Positions 26,595 through 40,821 of a stretch of DNA of 64,000 nt are shown here, in pieces. How positions within the stretch are numbered: position 1 is the first letter of the stretch; each line of letters opens with the position of its first letter. The translations under genes were made by a program, and so were the position numbers. The notes under the pieces were generated by a model. The model worked only from the letters and a program-made list of their open reading frames with translations, was not told the DNA's origin and did not search any database. The DNA is from Botryllus schlosseri (lineage: Eukaryota): assembly GCA_051294905.1 (NCBI GenBank), contig CM119372.1:26414001-26478000 (forward strand), written 5' to 3'.

Positions 26595-29500
26595 GCCTAG
26601 AACTACAATTCCGGTATCAGAGTGTCTAACTCTGAAAGTTACACCGATTGCACGCAATAACTTTTCCCTGGCTATTGTACTTAGAGAGATATTGGCATAC
26701 TTTGACATTTTGGGGGGTATGAAATTTACCAAGATTTCTCTATGTTCCCGAAGGCCTAGAACTACAATTCCGGTATCAGAGTGTCTAACTCTGAAAGTTA
26801 GACCGATTGCACGCAATAACTTTTCCCTGGCTATTGTACTTAGAGAGATATTGGCATACTTTGACATTTTGGGGGGTATGAAATTTACCAAGATTTCTCT
26901 ATGTTCCCGAAGGCCTAGAACTACAATTCCGGTATCAAAGTGTCTAACTCTGAAAGTTACAACGATTGCACGCAATAACTTTTCCCTGGCTATTGTACTT
27001 AGAGAGATATTGGCATACTTTGACATTTTGGGGGGTATGAAATTTACCAAGATTTCTCTATGTTCCCGAAGGCCTAGAACTACAATTCCGGTATCAGAGT
27101 GTCTAACTCTGAAAGTTAGACCGATTGCACGCAATAACTTTGTCCTGTCTATTGTGCTTAGAGAGATATTGGCATACTTTGACATTTTGGGGGGTATGAA
27201 ATTTACCAAGATTTCTCTATGTTCCCGAAGGCCTAGAACTACAATTCCGGTATCAGAGTGTCTAACTCTGAAAGTTACATCGATTGCACGCAATAACTTT
27301 TCCCTGGCTATTGTACTTAGAGAGATATTGGCATACTTTGACATTTTGGGGGGTATGAAATTTACCAAGATTTCTCTATGTTCCCGAAGGCATAGAACTA
27401 CAATTCCGGAATCAGAGTGTCTAACTCTGAAAGTTAGACCGATTGCACGCAATAACTTTTCCCTGGCTATTGTACTTAGAGAGATATTGGCATACTTTGA
27501 CATTTTGGGGGGTATGAAATTTACCAAGATTTCTCTATGTTCCCGAAGGCCTAGAACTACAATTCCGGTATCATAGTGTCTAACTCTGAAAGTTACACCG
27601 ATTGCACGCAATAACTTTTCCCTGGCTATTGTACTTAGAGAGATATTGGCATACTTTGACATTTTGGGGGTATGAAATTTACCAAGATTTCTCTATGTTC
27701 CCGAAGGCCTAGAACTACAATTCCGGTATCAGAGTGTCTAACTCTGAAAGTTACACCGATTGCACGCAATAACTTTTCCCTGGCTATTGTACTTAGAGAG
27801 ATATTGGCATACTTTGACATTTTGGGGGGTATGAAATTTACCAAGATTTCTCTATGTTCCCGAAGGCCTAGAACTACAATTCCGGTATCAGAGTGTCTAA
27901 CTCTGAAAGTTACACCGATTGCACGCAATAACTTTTCCCTGGCTATTGTACTTAGAGAGATATTGGCATACTTTGACATTTTGAGGGGTATGAAATTTAC
28001 CAAGATTTCTCTATGTTCCCGAAGGCCTAGAACTACAATTCCGGTATCAGAGTGTCTAACTCTGAAAGTTACACCGATTGCACGCAATAACTTTTCCCTG
28101 GCTATTGTACTTAGAGAGATATTGGCATACTTTGACATTTTGGGGGGTATGAAATTTACCAAGATTTCTCTATGTTCCCGAAGGCCTAGAACTACAATTC
28201 CGGTATCAGAGTGTCTAACTCTGGAAGTTACACCGATTGCACGCAATAACTTTTCCCTGGCTATTGTACTTAGAGAGATATTGGCATACTTTGACATTTT
28301 GGGGGGTATGAAATTTACCAAGATTTCTCTATGTTCCCGAAGGCCTAGAACTACAATTCCGGTATCAGAGTGTCTAACTCTGAAAGTTACACCGATTGCA
28401 CGCAATAACTTTTCCCTGGCTATTGTACTTAGAGAGATATTGGCATACTTTGACATTTTGGGGGGTATGAAATTTACCAAGATTTCTCTATGTTCCCGAA
28501 GGCCTAGAACTACAATTCCGGTATCAGAGTGTCTAACTCTGAAAGTTACACCGATTGCACGCAATAACTTTTCCCTGGCTATTGTACTTAGAGAGATATT
28601 GGCATACTTTGACATTTCGAGGGGTATGAAATTTACCAAGATTTCTCTATGTTCCCGAAGGCCTAGAACTACAATTCCGGTATCAGAGTGTCTAACTCCG
28701 AAAGTTACACCGATTGCACGCAATAACTTTTCCCTGGCTATTGTACTTAGAGAGATATTGGCATACTTTGACATTTTGGGGGGTATGAAATTTACCAAGA
28801 TTTCTCTATGTTCCCGAAGGCCTAGAACTACAATTCCGGTATCAGAGTGTCTAACTCTGGAAGTTACACCGATTGCACGCAATAACTTTTCCCTGGCTAT
28901 TGTACTTAGAGAGATATTGGCATACTTTGACATTTTGGGGGGTATGAAATTTACCAAGATTTCTCTATGTTCCCGAAGGCCTAGAACTACAATTCCGGTA
29001 TCAGAGTGTCTAACTCTGAAAGTTACACCGATTGCACGCAATAACTTTTCCCTGGCTATTGTACTTAGAGAGATATTGGCATACTTTGACATTTTGGGGG
29101 GTATGAAATTTACCAAGATTTCTCTATGTTCCCGAAGGCCTAGAACTACAATTCCGGTATCAGAGTGTCTAACTCTGGAAGTTACACCGATTGCACGCAA
29201 TAACTTTTCCCTGGCTATTGTACTTAGAGAGATATTGGCATACTTTGACATTTTGGGGGGTATGAAATTTACCAAGATTTCTCTATGTTCCCGAAGGCCT
29301 AGAACTACAATTCCGGTATCAGAGTGTCTAACTCTGAAAGTTACACCGATTGCACGCAATAACTTTTCCCTGGCTATTGTACTTAGAGGGATATTGGCAT
29401 ACTTTGACATTTTGGGGGGTATGAAATTTACCAAGATTTCTCTATGTTCCCGAAGGCCTAGAACTACAATTCCGGTATCAGAGTGTCTAACTCTGAAAGT

Positions 29501-32500
29501 TACACCGATTGCACGCAATAACTTTTCCCTGGCTATTGTACTTAGAGAGATATTGGCATACTTTGACATTTTGGGGGGTATGAAATTTACCAAGATTTCT
29601 CTATGTTCCCGAAGGCCTAGAACTACAATTCCGGTATCAGAGTGTCTAACTCTGAAAGTTACACCGATTGCACGCAATAACTTTTCCCTGGCTATTGTAC
29701 TTAGAGGGATATTGGCATACTTTGACATTTTGGGGGGTATGAAATTTACCAAGATTTCTCTATGTTCCCGAAGGCCTAGAACTACAATTCCGGTATCAGA
29801 GTGTCTAACTCTGAAAGTTACACCGATTGCACGCAATAACTTTTCCCTGGCTATTGTACTAAGAGAGATATTGGCATACTTTGACATTTTGAGGGGTATG
29901 AAATTTACCAAGATTTCTCTATGTTCCCGAAGGCCTAGAACTACAATTCCGGTATCAGAGTGTCTAACTCTGAAAGTTACACCGATTGCACGCAATAACT
30001 TTTCCCTGGCTATTGTACTTAGAGAGATATTGGCATACTTTGACATTTTGGGGGGTATGAAATTTACCAAGATTTCTCTATGTTCCCGAAGGCCTAGAAC
30101 TACAATTCCGGTATCAGAGTGTCTAACTCTGGAAGTTACACCGATTGCACGCAATAACTTTTCCCTGGCTATTGTACTTAGAGAGATATTGGCATACTTT
30201 GACATTTTGGGGGTTATGAAATTTACCAAGATTTCTCTATGTTCCCGAAGGCCTAGAACTACAATTCCGGTATCAGAGTGTCTAACTCTGAAAGTTACAC
30301 CGATTGCACGCAATAACTTTTCCCTGGCTATTGTACTTAGAGAGATATTGGCATACTTTGACATTTTGGGGGGTATGAAATTTACCAAGATTTCTCTATG
30401 TTCCCGAAGGCCTAGAACTACAATTCCGGTATCAGAGTGTCTAACTCTGAAAGTTACACCGATTGCACGCAATAACTTTTCCCTGGCTATTGTACTTAGA
30501 GAGATATTGGCATACTTTGACATTTTGGGGGGTATGAAATTTACCAAGATTTCTCTATGTTCCCGAAGGCCTAGAACTACAATTCCGGTATCAGAGTGTC
30601 TAACTCTGAAAGTTACACCGATTGCACGCAATAACTTTTCCCTTGCTATTGCACTTAGAGAGATATTGGCATACTTTGACATTTTGGGGGGTATGAAATT
30701 TACCAAGATTTCTCTATGTTCCCGAAGGCCTAGAACTACAATTCCGGTATCAGAGTGTCTAACTCTGAAAGTTACACCGATTGCACGCAATAACTTTTCC
30801 CTGGCTATTGTACTTAGAGAGATTTTGGCATACTTTGACATTTTGGGGGGTATGAAATTTACCAAGATTTCTCTATGTTCCCGAAGGCCTAGAACTACAA
30901 TTCCGGTATCAGAGTGTCTAACTCTGAAAGTTAGACCGATTGCACGCAATAACTTTTCTCTGGCTATTGTACTTAGAGAGATATTGGCATACTTTGACAT
31001 TTTGGGGGGTATGAAATTTACCAAGATTTCTCTATGTTCCCGAAGGCCTAGAACTACAATTCCGGTATCAGAGTGTCTAACTCTGAAAGTTAGACCGATT
31101 GCACGCAATAACTTTTCCCTGGCTATTGTACTTAGAGAGATATTGGCATACTTTGACATTTTGGGGGGTATGAAATTTACCAAGATTTCTCTATGTTCCC
31201 GAAGGGCTAGAACTACAATTCCGGTATCAGAGTGTCTAACTCTGAAAGTTAGACCGATTGCACGCAATAACTTTTCCCTGGCTATTGTACTTAGAGAGAT
31301 ATTGGCATACTTTCACATTTTGGGGGGTATGAAATTTACCAAGATTTCTCTATGTTCCCGAAGGCCTAGAACTACAATTCCGGTATCAGAGTGTCTAACT
31401 CTGAAAGTTACACCGATTGCACGCAATAACTTTTCCCTGGCTATTGTACTTAGAGAGATATTGGCATACTTTGACATTTTGGGGGGTATGAAATTTACCA
31501 AGATTTCTCTATGTTCCCGAAGGCCTAGAACTACAATTCCGGTATCAGAGTGTCTAACTCTGAAAGTTACACCGATTGCACGCAATAACTTTTCCCTGGC
31601 TATTGTACTTAGAGAGATATTGGCATACTTTGACATTTTGGGGGGTATGAAATTTACCAAGATTTCTCTATGTTCCCGAAGGCCTAGAACTACAATTCCG
31701 GTATCCGAGAGTCTAACTCTGAAAATTACACCGATTGCACGCAATAACTTTTCCCTGACTATTGTACTTAGAGAGATATTGGCATACTTTGACATTTTGG
31801 GGGGTATGAAATTTACCCAGATTTCTCTATGTTCCCGAAGGCCTAGAACTACAATTCCGGTATCAGAGTGTCTAACTCTGAAAGTTACACCGATTGCACG
31901 CAATAACTTTTCCCTGACTATTGTACTTAGAGAGATATTGGCATACTTTGACATTTTGGGGGGTATGAAATTTACCAAGATTTCTCTATGTTCCCGAAGG
32001 CCTAGAACTACAATTCCGGTATCAGAGTGTCTAACTCTGAAAGTTACACCGATTGCACGCAATAACTTTTCCCTGGCTATTGTACTTAGAGGGATATTGG
32101 CATACTTTGACATTTTGGGGGGTATGAAATTTACCAAGATTTCTCTATGTTCCCGAAGGCCTAGAACTACAATTCCGGTATCAGAGTGTCTAACTCTGAA
32201 AGTTACACCGATTGCACGCAATAACTTTTCCCTGGCTATTGTACTTAGAGAGATATTGGCATACTTTGACATTTTGAGAGGTATGAAATTTACCAAGATT
32301 TCTCTATGTTCCCGAAGGCCTAGAACTACAATTCCGGTATCAGAGTGTCTAACTCTGAAAGTTACACCGATTGCACGCAATAACTTTTCCCTGGCTATTG
32401 TACTTAGAGAGATATTGGCATACTTTGACATTTTGGGGGGTATGAAATTTACCATGATTTCTCTATGTTCCCGAAGGCCTAGAACTACAATTCCGGTATC

Positions 32501-35500
32501 AGAGTGTCTAACTCTGGAAGTTACACCGATTGCACGCAATAACTTTTCCCTGGCTATTGTACTTAGAGAGATATTGGCATACTTTGACATTTTGGGGGGT
32601 ATGAAATTTACCAAGATTTCTCTATGTTCCCGAAGGCCTAGAACTACAATTCCGGTATCAGAGTGTCTAACTCTGAAAGTTACACCGATTGCACGCAATA
32701 ACTTTTCCCTGGCTATTGTACTTAGAGAGATATTGGCATACTTTGACATTTTGGGGGTTATGAAATTTACCAAGATTTCTCTATGTTCCCGAAGGCCTAG
32801 AACTACAATTCCGGTATCAGAGTGTCTAACTCTGAAAGTTACACCGATTGCACGCAATAACTTTTCCCTGGCTATTGTACTTAGAGAGATATTGGCATAC
32901 TTTGACATTTTGGGGGGTATGAAATTTACCAAGATTTCTCTATGTTCCCGAAGGCCTAGAACTACAATTCCGGTATCAGAGTGTCTAACTCTGAAAGTTA
33001 CCCCGATTGCACGCAATAACTTTTCCCTGGCTATTGTACTTAGAGAGATATTGGCATACTTTGACATTTTGGGGGGTATGAAATTTACCAAGATTTCTCT
33101 ATGTTCCCGAAGGCCTAGAACTACAATTCCGGTATCAGAGTGTCTAACTCTGAAAGTTACACCGATTGCCGCAATAACTTTTCCCTTGCTATTGTACTTA
33201 GAGAGATATTGGCATACTTTGACATTTTGGGGGGTATGAAATTTACCAAGATTTCTCTATGTTCCCGAAGGCCTAGAACTACAATTCCGGTATCAGAGTG
33301 TCTAACTCTGAAAGTTACACCGATTGCACGCAATAACTTTTCCCTGGCTATTGTACTTAGAGAGATTTTGGCATACTTTGACATTTTGGGGGGTATGAAA
33401 TTTACCAAGATTTCTCTATGTTCCCGAAGGCCTAGAACTACAATTCCGGTATCAGAGTGTCTAACTCTGAAAGTTAGACCGATTGCACGCAATAACTTTT
33501 CTCTGGCTATTGTACTTAGAGAGATATTGGCATACTTTGACATTTTGGGGGGTATGAAATTTACCAAGATTTCTCTATGTTCCCGAAGGCCTAGAACTAC
33601 AATTCCGGTATCAGAGTGTCTAACTCTGAAAGTTAGACCGATTGCACGCAATAACTTTTCCCTGGCTATTGTACTTAGAGAGATATTGGCATACTTTGAC
33701 ATTTTGGGGGGTATGAAATTTACCAAGATTTCTCTATGTTCCCGAAGGCCTAGAACTACAATTCCGGTATCAGAGTGTCTAACTCTGAAAGTTAGACCGA
33801 TTGCACGCAATAACTTTTCCCTGGCTATTGTACTTAGAGAGATATTGGCATACTTTGACATTTTGGGGGGTATGAAATTTACCAAGATTTCTCTATGTTC
33901 CCGAAGGCCTAGAACTACAATTCCGGTATCAGAGTGTCTAACTCTGAAAGTTACACCGATTGCACGCAATAACTTTTCCCTGGCTATTGTACTTAGAGAG
34001 ATATTGGCATACTTTGACATTTTGGGGGGTATGAAATTTACCAAGATTTCTCTATGTTCCCGAAGGCCTAGAACTACAATTCCGGTATCAGAGTGTCTAA
34101 CTCTGAAAGTTACACCGATTGCACGCAATAACTTTTGCCTGGCTATTGTACTTAGAGAGATATTGGCATACTTTGACATTTTGGGGGGTATGAAATTTAC
34201 CAAGATTTCTCTATGTTCCCGAAGGCCTAGAACTACAATTCCGGTATCCGAGAGTCTAACTCTGAAAATTACACCGATTGCACGCAATAACTTTTCCCTG
34301 ACTATTGTACTTAGAGAGATATTGGCATACTTTGACATTTTGGGGGGTATGAAATTTACCCAGATTTCTCTATGTTCCCGAAGGCCTAGAACTACAATTC
34401 CGGTATCAGAGTGTCTAACTCTGAAAGTTACACCGATTGCACGCAATAACTTTTCCCTGGCTATTGTACTTAGAGGGATATTGGCATACTTTGACATTTT
34501 GGGGGGTATGAAATTTACCAAGATTTCTGTATGTTCCCGAAGGCCTAGAACTACAATTCCGGTATCAGAGTGTCTAACTCTGAAAGTTACACCGATTGCA
34601 CGCAATAACTTTTCCCTGGCTATTGTACTTAGAGAGATATTGGCATACTTTGACATTTTGAGGGGTATGAAATTTACCAAGATTTCTCTATGTTCCCGAA
34701 GGCCTAGAACTACAATTCCGGTATCAGAGTGTCTAACTCTGAAAGTTACACCGATTGCACGCAATAACTTTTCCCTGGCTATTGTACTTAGAGAGATATT
34801 GGCATACTTTGACATTTTGGGGGGTATGAAATTTACCAAGATTTCTCTATGTTCCCGAAGGCCTAGAACTACAATTCCGGTATCAGAGTGTCTAACTCTG
34901 AAAGTTACACCGATTGCACGCAATAACTTTTCCCTGGCTATTGTACTTAGAGAGATATTGGCATACTTTGACATTTTGGGGGGTATGAAATTTACCAAGA
35001 TTTCTCTATGTTCCCGAAGGCCTAGAACTACAATTCCGGTATCAGAGTGTCTAACTCTGAAAGTTACACCGATTGCACGCAATAACTTTTCCCTGGCTAT
35101 TGTACTTAGAGAGATATTGGCATACTTTGACATTTTGAGGGGTATGAAATTTACCAAGATTTCTCTATGTTCCCGAAGGCCTAGAACTACAATTCCGGTA
35201 TCAGAGTGTCTAACTCTGAAAGTTACACCGATTGCACGCAATAACTTTTCCCTGACTATTGTACTTAGAGAGATATTGGCATACTTTGACATTTTGGGGG
35301 GTATGAAATTTACCAAGATTTCTCTATGTTCCCGAAGGCCTAGAACTACAATTCCGGTATCAGAGTGTCTAACTCTGGAAGTTACACCGATTGCACGCAA
35401 TAACTTTTCCCTGGCTATTGTACTTAGAGAGATATTGGCATACTTTGACATTTTGGGGGGTATGAAATTTACCAAGATTTCTCTATGTTCCCGAAGGCCT

Positions 35501-38500
35501 AGAACTACAATTCCGGTATCAGAGTGTCTAACTCTGAAAGTTACACCGATTGCACGCAATAACTTTTCCCTGGCTATTGTACTTAGAGGGATATTGGCAT
35601 ACTTTGACATTTTGGGGGGTATGAAATTTACCAAGATTTCTCTATGTTCCCGAAGGCCTAGAACTACAATTCCGGTATCAGAGTGTCTAACTCTGAAAGT
35701 TACACCGATTGCACGCAATAACTTTTCCCTGGCTATTGTACTTAGAGAGATATTGGCATACTTTGACATTTTGAGGGGTATGAAATTTACCAAGATTTCT
35801 CTATGTTCCCGAAGGCCTAGAACTACAATTCCGGTATCAGAGTGTCTAACTCTGAAAGTTACACCGATTGCACGCAATAACTTTTCCCTGGCTATTGTAC
35901 TTAGAGAGATATTGGCATACTTTGACATTTTGGGGGGTATGAAATTTACCAAGATTTCTCTATGTTCCCGAAGGCCTAGAACTACAATTCCGGTATCAGA
36001 GTGTCTAACTCTGGAAGTTACACCGATTGCACGCAATAACTTTTCCGTGGCTATTGTACTTAGAGAGATATTGGCATACTTTGACATTTTGGGGGGTATG
36101 AAATTTACCAAGATTTCTCTATGTTCCCGAAGGCCTAGAACTACAATTCCCGTATCAGAGTGTCTAACTCTGAAAGTTACACCGATTGCACGCAATATCT
36201 TTTCCCTGGCTATTGTACTTAGAGAGATATTGGCATACTTTGACATTTTGGGGGGTATGAAATTTACCAAGATTTCTCTATGTTCCCGAAGGCCTAGAAC
36301 TACAATTCCGGTATCCGAGTGTCTAACTCTGAAAATTACACCGATTGCACGCAATAACTTTTCCCTGACTATTGTACTTAGAGAGATATTGGCATACTTT
36401 GACATTTTGGGGGGTATGAAATTTACCAAGATTTCTCTATGTTCCCGAAGGCCTAGAACTACAATTCCGGTATCAGAGTGTCTAACTCTGAAAGTTACAC
36501 CGATTGCACGCAATAACTTTTCCCTGGCTATTGTACTTAGAGGGATATTGGCATACTTTGACATTTTGGGGGGTATGAAATTTACCAAGATTTCTCTATG
36601 TTCCCGAAGGCCTAGAACTACAATTCCGGTATCAGAGTGTCTAACTCTGAAAGTTACACCGATTGCACGCAATAACTTTTCCCTGGCTATTGTACTTAGA
36701 GAGATATTGGCATACTTTGACATTTTGAGGGGTATGAAATTTACCAAGATTTCTCTATGTTCCCGAAGGCCTAGAACTACAATTCCGGTATCAGAGTGTC
36801 TAACTCTGAAAGTTACACCGATTGCACGCAATAACTTTTCCCTGGCTGTTGTACTTAGAGAGATATTGGCATACTTTGACATTTTGGGGGGTATGAAATT
36901 TACCAAGATTTCTCTATGTTCCCGAAGGCCTAGAACTACAATTCCGGTATCAGAGTGTCTAACTCTGGAAGTTACACCGATTGCACGCAATAACTTTTCC
37001 CTGGCTATTGTACTTAGAGAGATATTGGCATACTTTGACATTTTGGGGGGTATGAAATTTACCAAGATTTCTCTATGTTCCCGAAGGCCTAGAACTACAA
37101 TTCCGGTATCAGAGTGTCTAACTCTGAAAGTTACACCGATTGCACGCAATAACTTTTCCCTGGCTATTGTACTTAGAGAGATATTGGCATACTTTGACAT
37201 TTTGGGGGTTATGAAATTTACCAAGATTTCTCTATGTTCCCGAAGGCCTAGAACTACAATTCCGGTATCAGAGTGTCTAACTCTGAAAGTTACACCGATT
37301 GCACGCAATAACTTTTCCCTGGCTATTGTACTTAGAGAGATATTGGCATACTTTGACATTTTGGGGGGTATGAAATTTACCAAAATTTCTCTATGTTCCC
37401 GAAGGCCTAGAACTACAATTCCGGTATCAGAGTGTCTAACTCTGAAAGTTACACCGATTGCACGCAATAACTTTTCCCTGGCTATTGTACTTGAAGAGAT
37501 ATTGGCATACTTTGACATTTTGGGGGGTATGAAATTTACCAAGATTTCTCTATGTTCCCGAAGGCCTAGAACCACAATTCCGGTATCAGAGTGTCTAACT
37601 CTGAAAGTTACACCGATTGCACGCAATAACTTTTCCCTTGCTATTGTACTTAGAGAGATATTGGCATACTTTGACATTTTGAGGGGTATGAAATTTACCA
37701 AGATTTCTCTATGTTCCCGAAGGCCTAGAACTACAATTCCGGTATCAGAGTGTCTAACTCTGAAAGTTACACCGATTGCACGCAATAACTTTTCCCTGGC
37801 TATTGTACTTAGAGAGATATTGGCATACTTTGACATTTTTGGGGGTATGAAATTTACCAAGATTTCTCCATGTTCCCGAAGGCCTAGAACTACAATTCCG
37901 GTATCAGAGTGTCTAACTCTGAAAGTTACACCGATTGCACGCAATAAATTTTCCCTGGCTATTGTACTTAGAGAGATATTGGCATACTTTGACATTTTGG
38001 GGGGTATGAAATTTACCAAGATTTCTCTATGTTCCCGAAGGCCTAGAACTACAATTCCGGTATCAGAGTGTCTAACTCTGAAAGTTACACCGATTGCACG
38101 CAATAACTTTTCCCTGGCTATTGTACTTAGAGAGATTTTGGCATACTTTGACATTTTGGGGGGTATGAAATTTACCAAGATTTCTCTATGTTCCCGAAGG
38201 CCTAGAACTACAATTCCGGTATCAGAGTGTCTAACTCTGAAAGTTAGACCGATTGCACGCAATAACTTTTCTCTGGCTATTGTACTTAGAGAGATATTGG
38301 CATACTTTGACATTTTGGGGGGTATGAAATTTACCAAGATTTCTCTATGTTCCCGAAGGCCTAGAACTACAATTCCGGTATCAGAGTGTCTAACTCTGAA
38401 AGTTAGACCGATTGCACGCAATAACTTTTCCCTGGCTATTGTACTTAGAGAGATATTGGCATACTTTGACATTTTGGGGGGTATGAAATTTACCAAGATT

Positions 38501-40612
38501 TCTCTATGTTCCCGAAGGCCTAGAACTACAATTCCGGTATCAGAGTGTCTAACTCTGAAAGTTAGACCGATTGTACGAAATAACTTTTCCCTGGCTATTG
38601 TACTTAGAGAGATATTGGCATACTTTGACATTTTGGGGGGTATGAAATTTACCAAGATTTCTCTATGTTCCCGAAGGCCTAGAACTACAATTCCGGTATC
38701 AGAGTGTCTAACTCTGAAAGTTAGACCGATTGCACGCAATAACTTTTCCCTGGCTATCGTACTTAGAGAGATATTGGCATACTTTGACATTTTGGGGGGT
38801 ATGAAATTTACGAAGATTTCTCTATGTTCCCGAAGGCCTAGAACTACAATTCCGGTATCAGAGTGTCTAACTCTGAAAGTTACACCGATTGCACGCAATA
38901 ACTTTTCCCTGGCTATTGTACTTAGAGAGATATTGGCATACTTTGACATTTTGGGGGGTATGAAATTTACCAAGATTTCTCTATGTTCCCGAAGGCCTAG
39001 AACTACAATTCCGGTATCAGAGTGTCTAACTCTGAAAGTTACACCGATTGCACGCAATAACTTTTCCCTGGCTATTGTACTTAGAGAGATATTGGCATAC
39101 TTTGACATTTTGGGGGGTATGAAATTTACCAAGATTTCTCTATGTTCCCGAAGGCCTAGAACTACAATTCCGGTATCCGAGTGTCTAACTCTGAAAATTA
39201 CACCGATTGCACGCAATAACTTTTCCCTGACGATTGTACTTAGAGAGATATTGGCATACTTTGACATTTTGGGGGGTATGAAATTTACCAAGATTTCTCT
39301 ATGTTCCCGAAGGCCTAGAACTACAATTCCGGTATCAGAGTGTCTAACTCTGAAAGTTACACCGATTGCACGCAATAACTTTTTCCTGGCTATTGTACTT
39401 AGAGAGATATTGGCATACTTTGACATTTTGGGGGGTATGAAATTTACCAAGATTTCTCTATGTTCCCGAAGGCCTAGAACTACAATTCCGGTATCAGAGT
39501 GTCTAACTCTGAAAGTTACACCGATTGCACGTAATAACTTTTCCCTGGCTATTGTACTTAGAGAGATATTGGCATACTTTGTCATTTTGGGGGGTATGAA
39601 ATTTACCAAGATTTCTCTATGTTCCTGAAGGCCTAGAACTACAATTCCGGTATCAGAGTGTCTAACTCTGAAAGTTACACCGATTGCACGCAATAACTTT
39701 TCCCTGGCTATTGTACTTAGAGAGATATTGGCATACTTTGACATTTTTGGGGGTATGAAATTTACCAAGATTTCTCTATGTTCCCGAAGGCCTAGAACTA
39801 CAATTCCGGTATCAGAGTGTCTAACTCTGAAAGTTACACCGATTGCACGCAATAACTTTTCCCTGGCTATTGTACTTAGAGAGATATTGGCATACTTTGA
39901 CATTTTGGGGGGTATGAAATTTACCAAGATTTCTCTATGTTCCCGAAGGCCTAGAACTACAATTCCGGTATCAGAGTGTCTAACTCTGAAAGTTAGACCG
40001 ATTGCACGCAATAACTTTTCCCTGGCTATTGTACTTAGAGAGATATTGGCATACTTTCACATTTTGGGGGGTATGAAATTTACCAAGATTTCTCTATGTT
40101 CCCGAAGGCCTAGAACTACAATTCCGGTATCAGAGTGTCTAACTCTGAAAGTTACACCAATTGCACGCAATAACTTTTCCCTGGCTATTGTACTTAGAGA
40201 GATATTGGCATACTTTGACATTTTGGGGGGTATGAAATTTACCAAGATTTCTCTATGTTCCCGAAGGCTTAGAACTACAATTCCGGTATCAGAGTGTCTA
40301 ACTCTGAAAGTTACATCGATTGCACGCAATAACTTTTCCCTGGCTATTGTACTTAAAGAGATATTGGCATACTTTGACATTTTGTTGGGTATGAAATTTA
40401 CCAAGATTTCTCTATGTTCCCGAAGGCCTAGAACTACAATTCCGGTATCAGAGTGTCTAACTCTGAAAGTTACATCGATTGCACGCAATGACTTTTCCTT
40501 GGCTATTGTACTTAGAGAGATATTGGCATACTTTGACATTTTGGGGGGTATGAAATTTACCAAGATTTCTCTATGTTCCCGAAGGCCTAGAAATACAATT
40601 CCGGTATCAGAG
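26595..40612 (+). repeat. 159-bp tandem satellite array, right part, ending at 40612
   Basis: Same monomer; array stops abruptly after ...CCGGTATCAGAG at 40612; a different set of diagnostic variants dominates after about 27.6 kb. Confidence 0.99.
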
Positions 40613-40821
40613 GCATGACGAATAGTCATGTCCTTCCAATCTGGGCCCCACAATACAAATGCCAACGGGCTCCCACAGAGGAAAGAAGACATGACAGTTT
40701 GTGTGCGCGTCTCACGAAAGTTTAGTCTGATACGTTTGGGTGACTACAATATATTTTCTTTATATAACAGACCGGAGATCACGAATGAACAACATACAAT
40801 AAAGCAAAACATAGCAGATGT

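Noticed and set aside
1..40612. CRISPR-like array
   Set aside because: No unique spacers (whole units are repeated), no cas genes, and the context is eukaryotic.
1..40612. 5S rRNA, tRNA or snRNA tandem gene cluster
   Set aside because: No recognisable RNA gene sequence or Pol III internal promoter boxes in the monomer.
41..40692. Giant ORFs (up to 3243 aa) on both strands made of a 53-aa repeat
   Set aside because: 159 bp is 53 codons and the monomer happens to lack stops in one frame per strand. Variants are mostly non-synonymous and include recurrent TAG stops, frameshifts and inversions; there is no unique N- or C-terminal domain.
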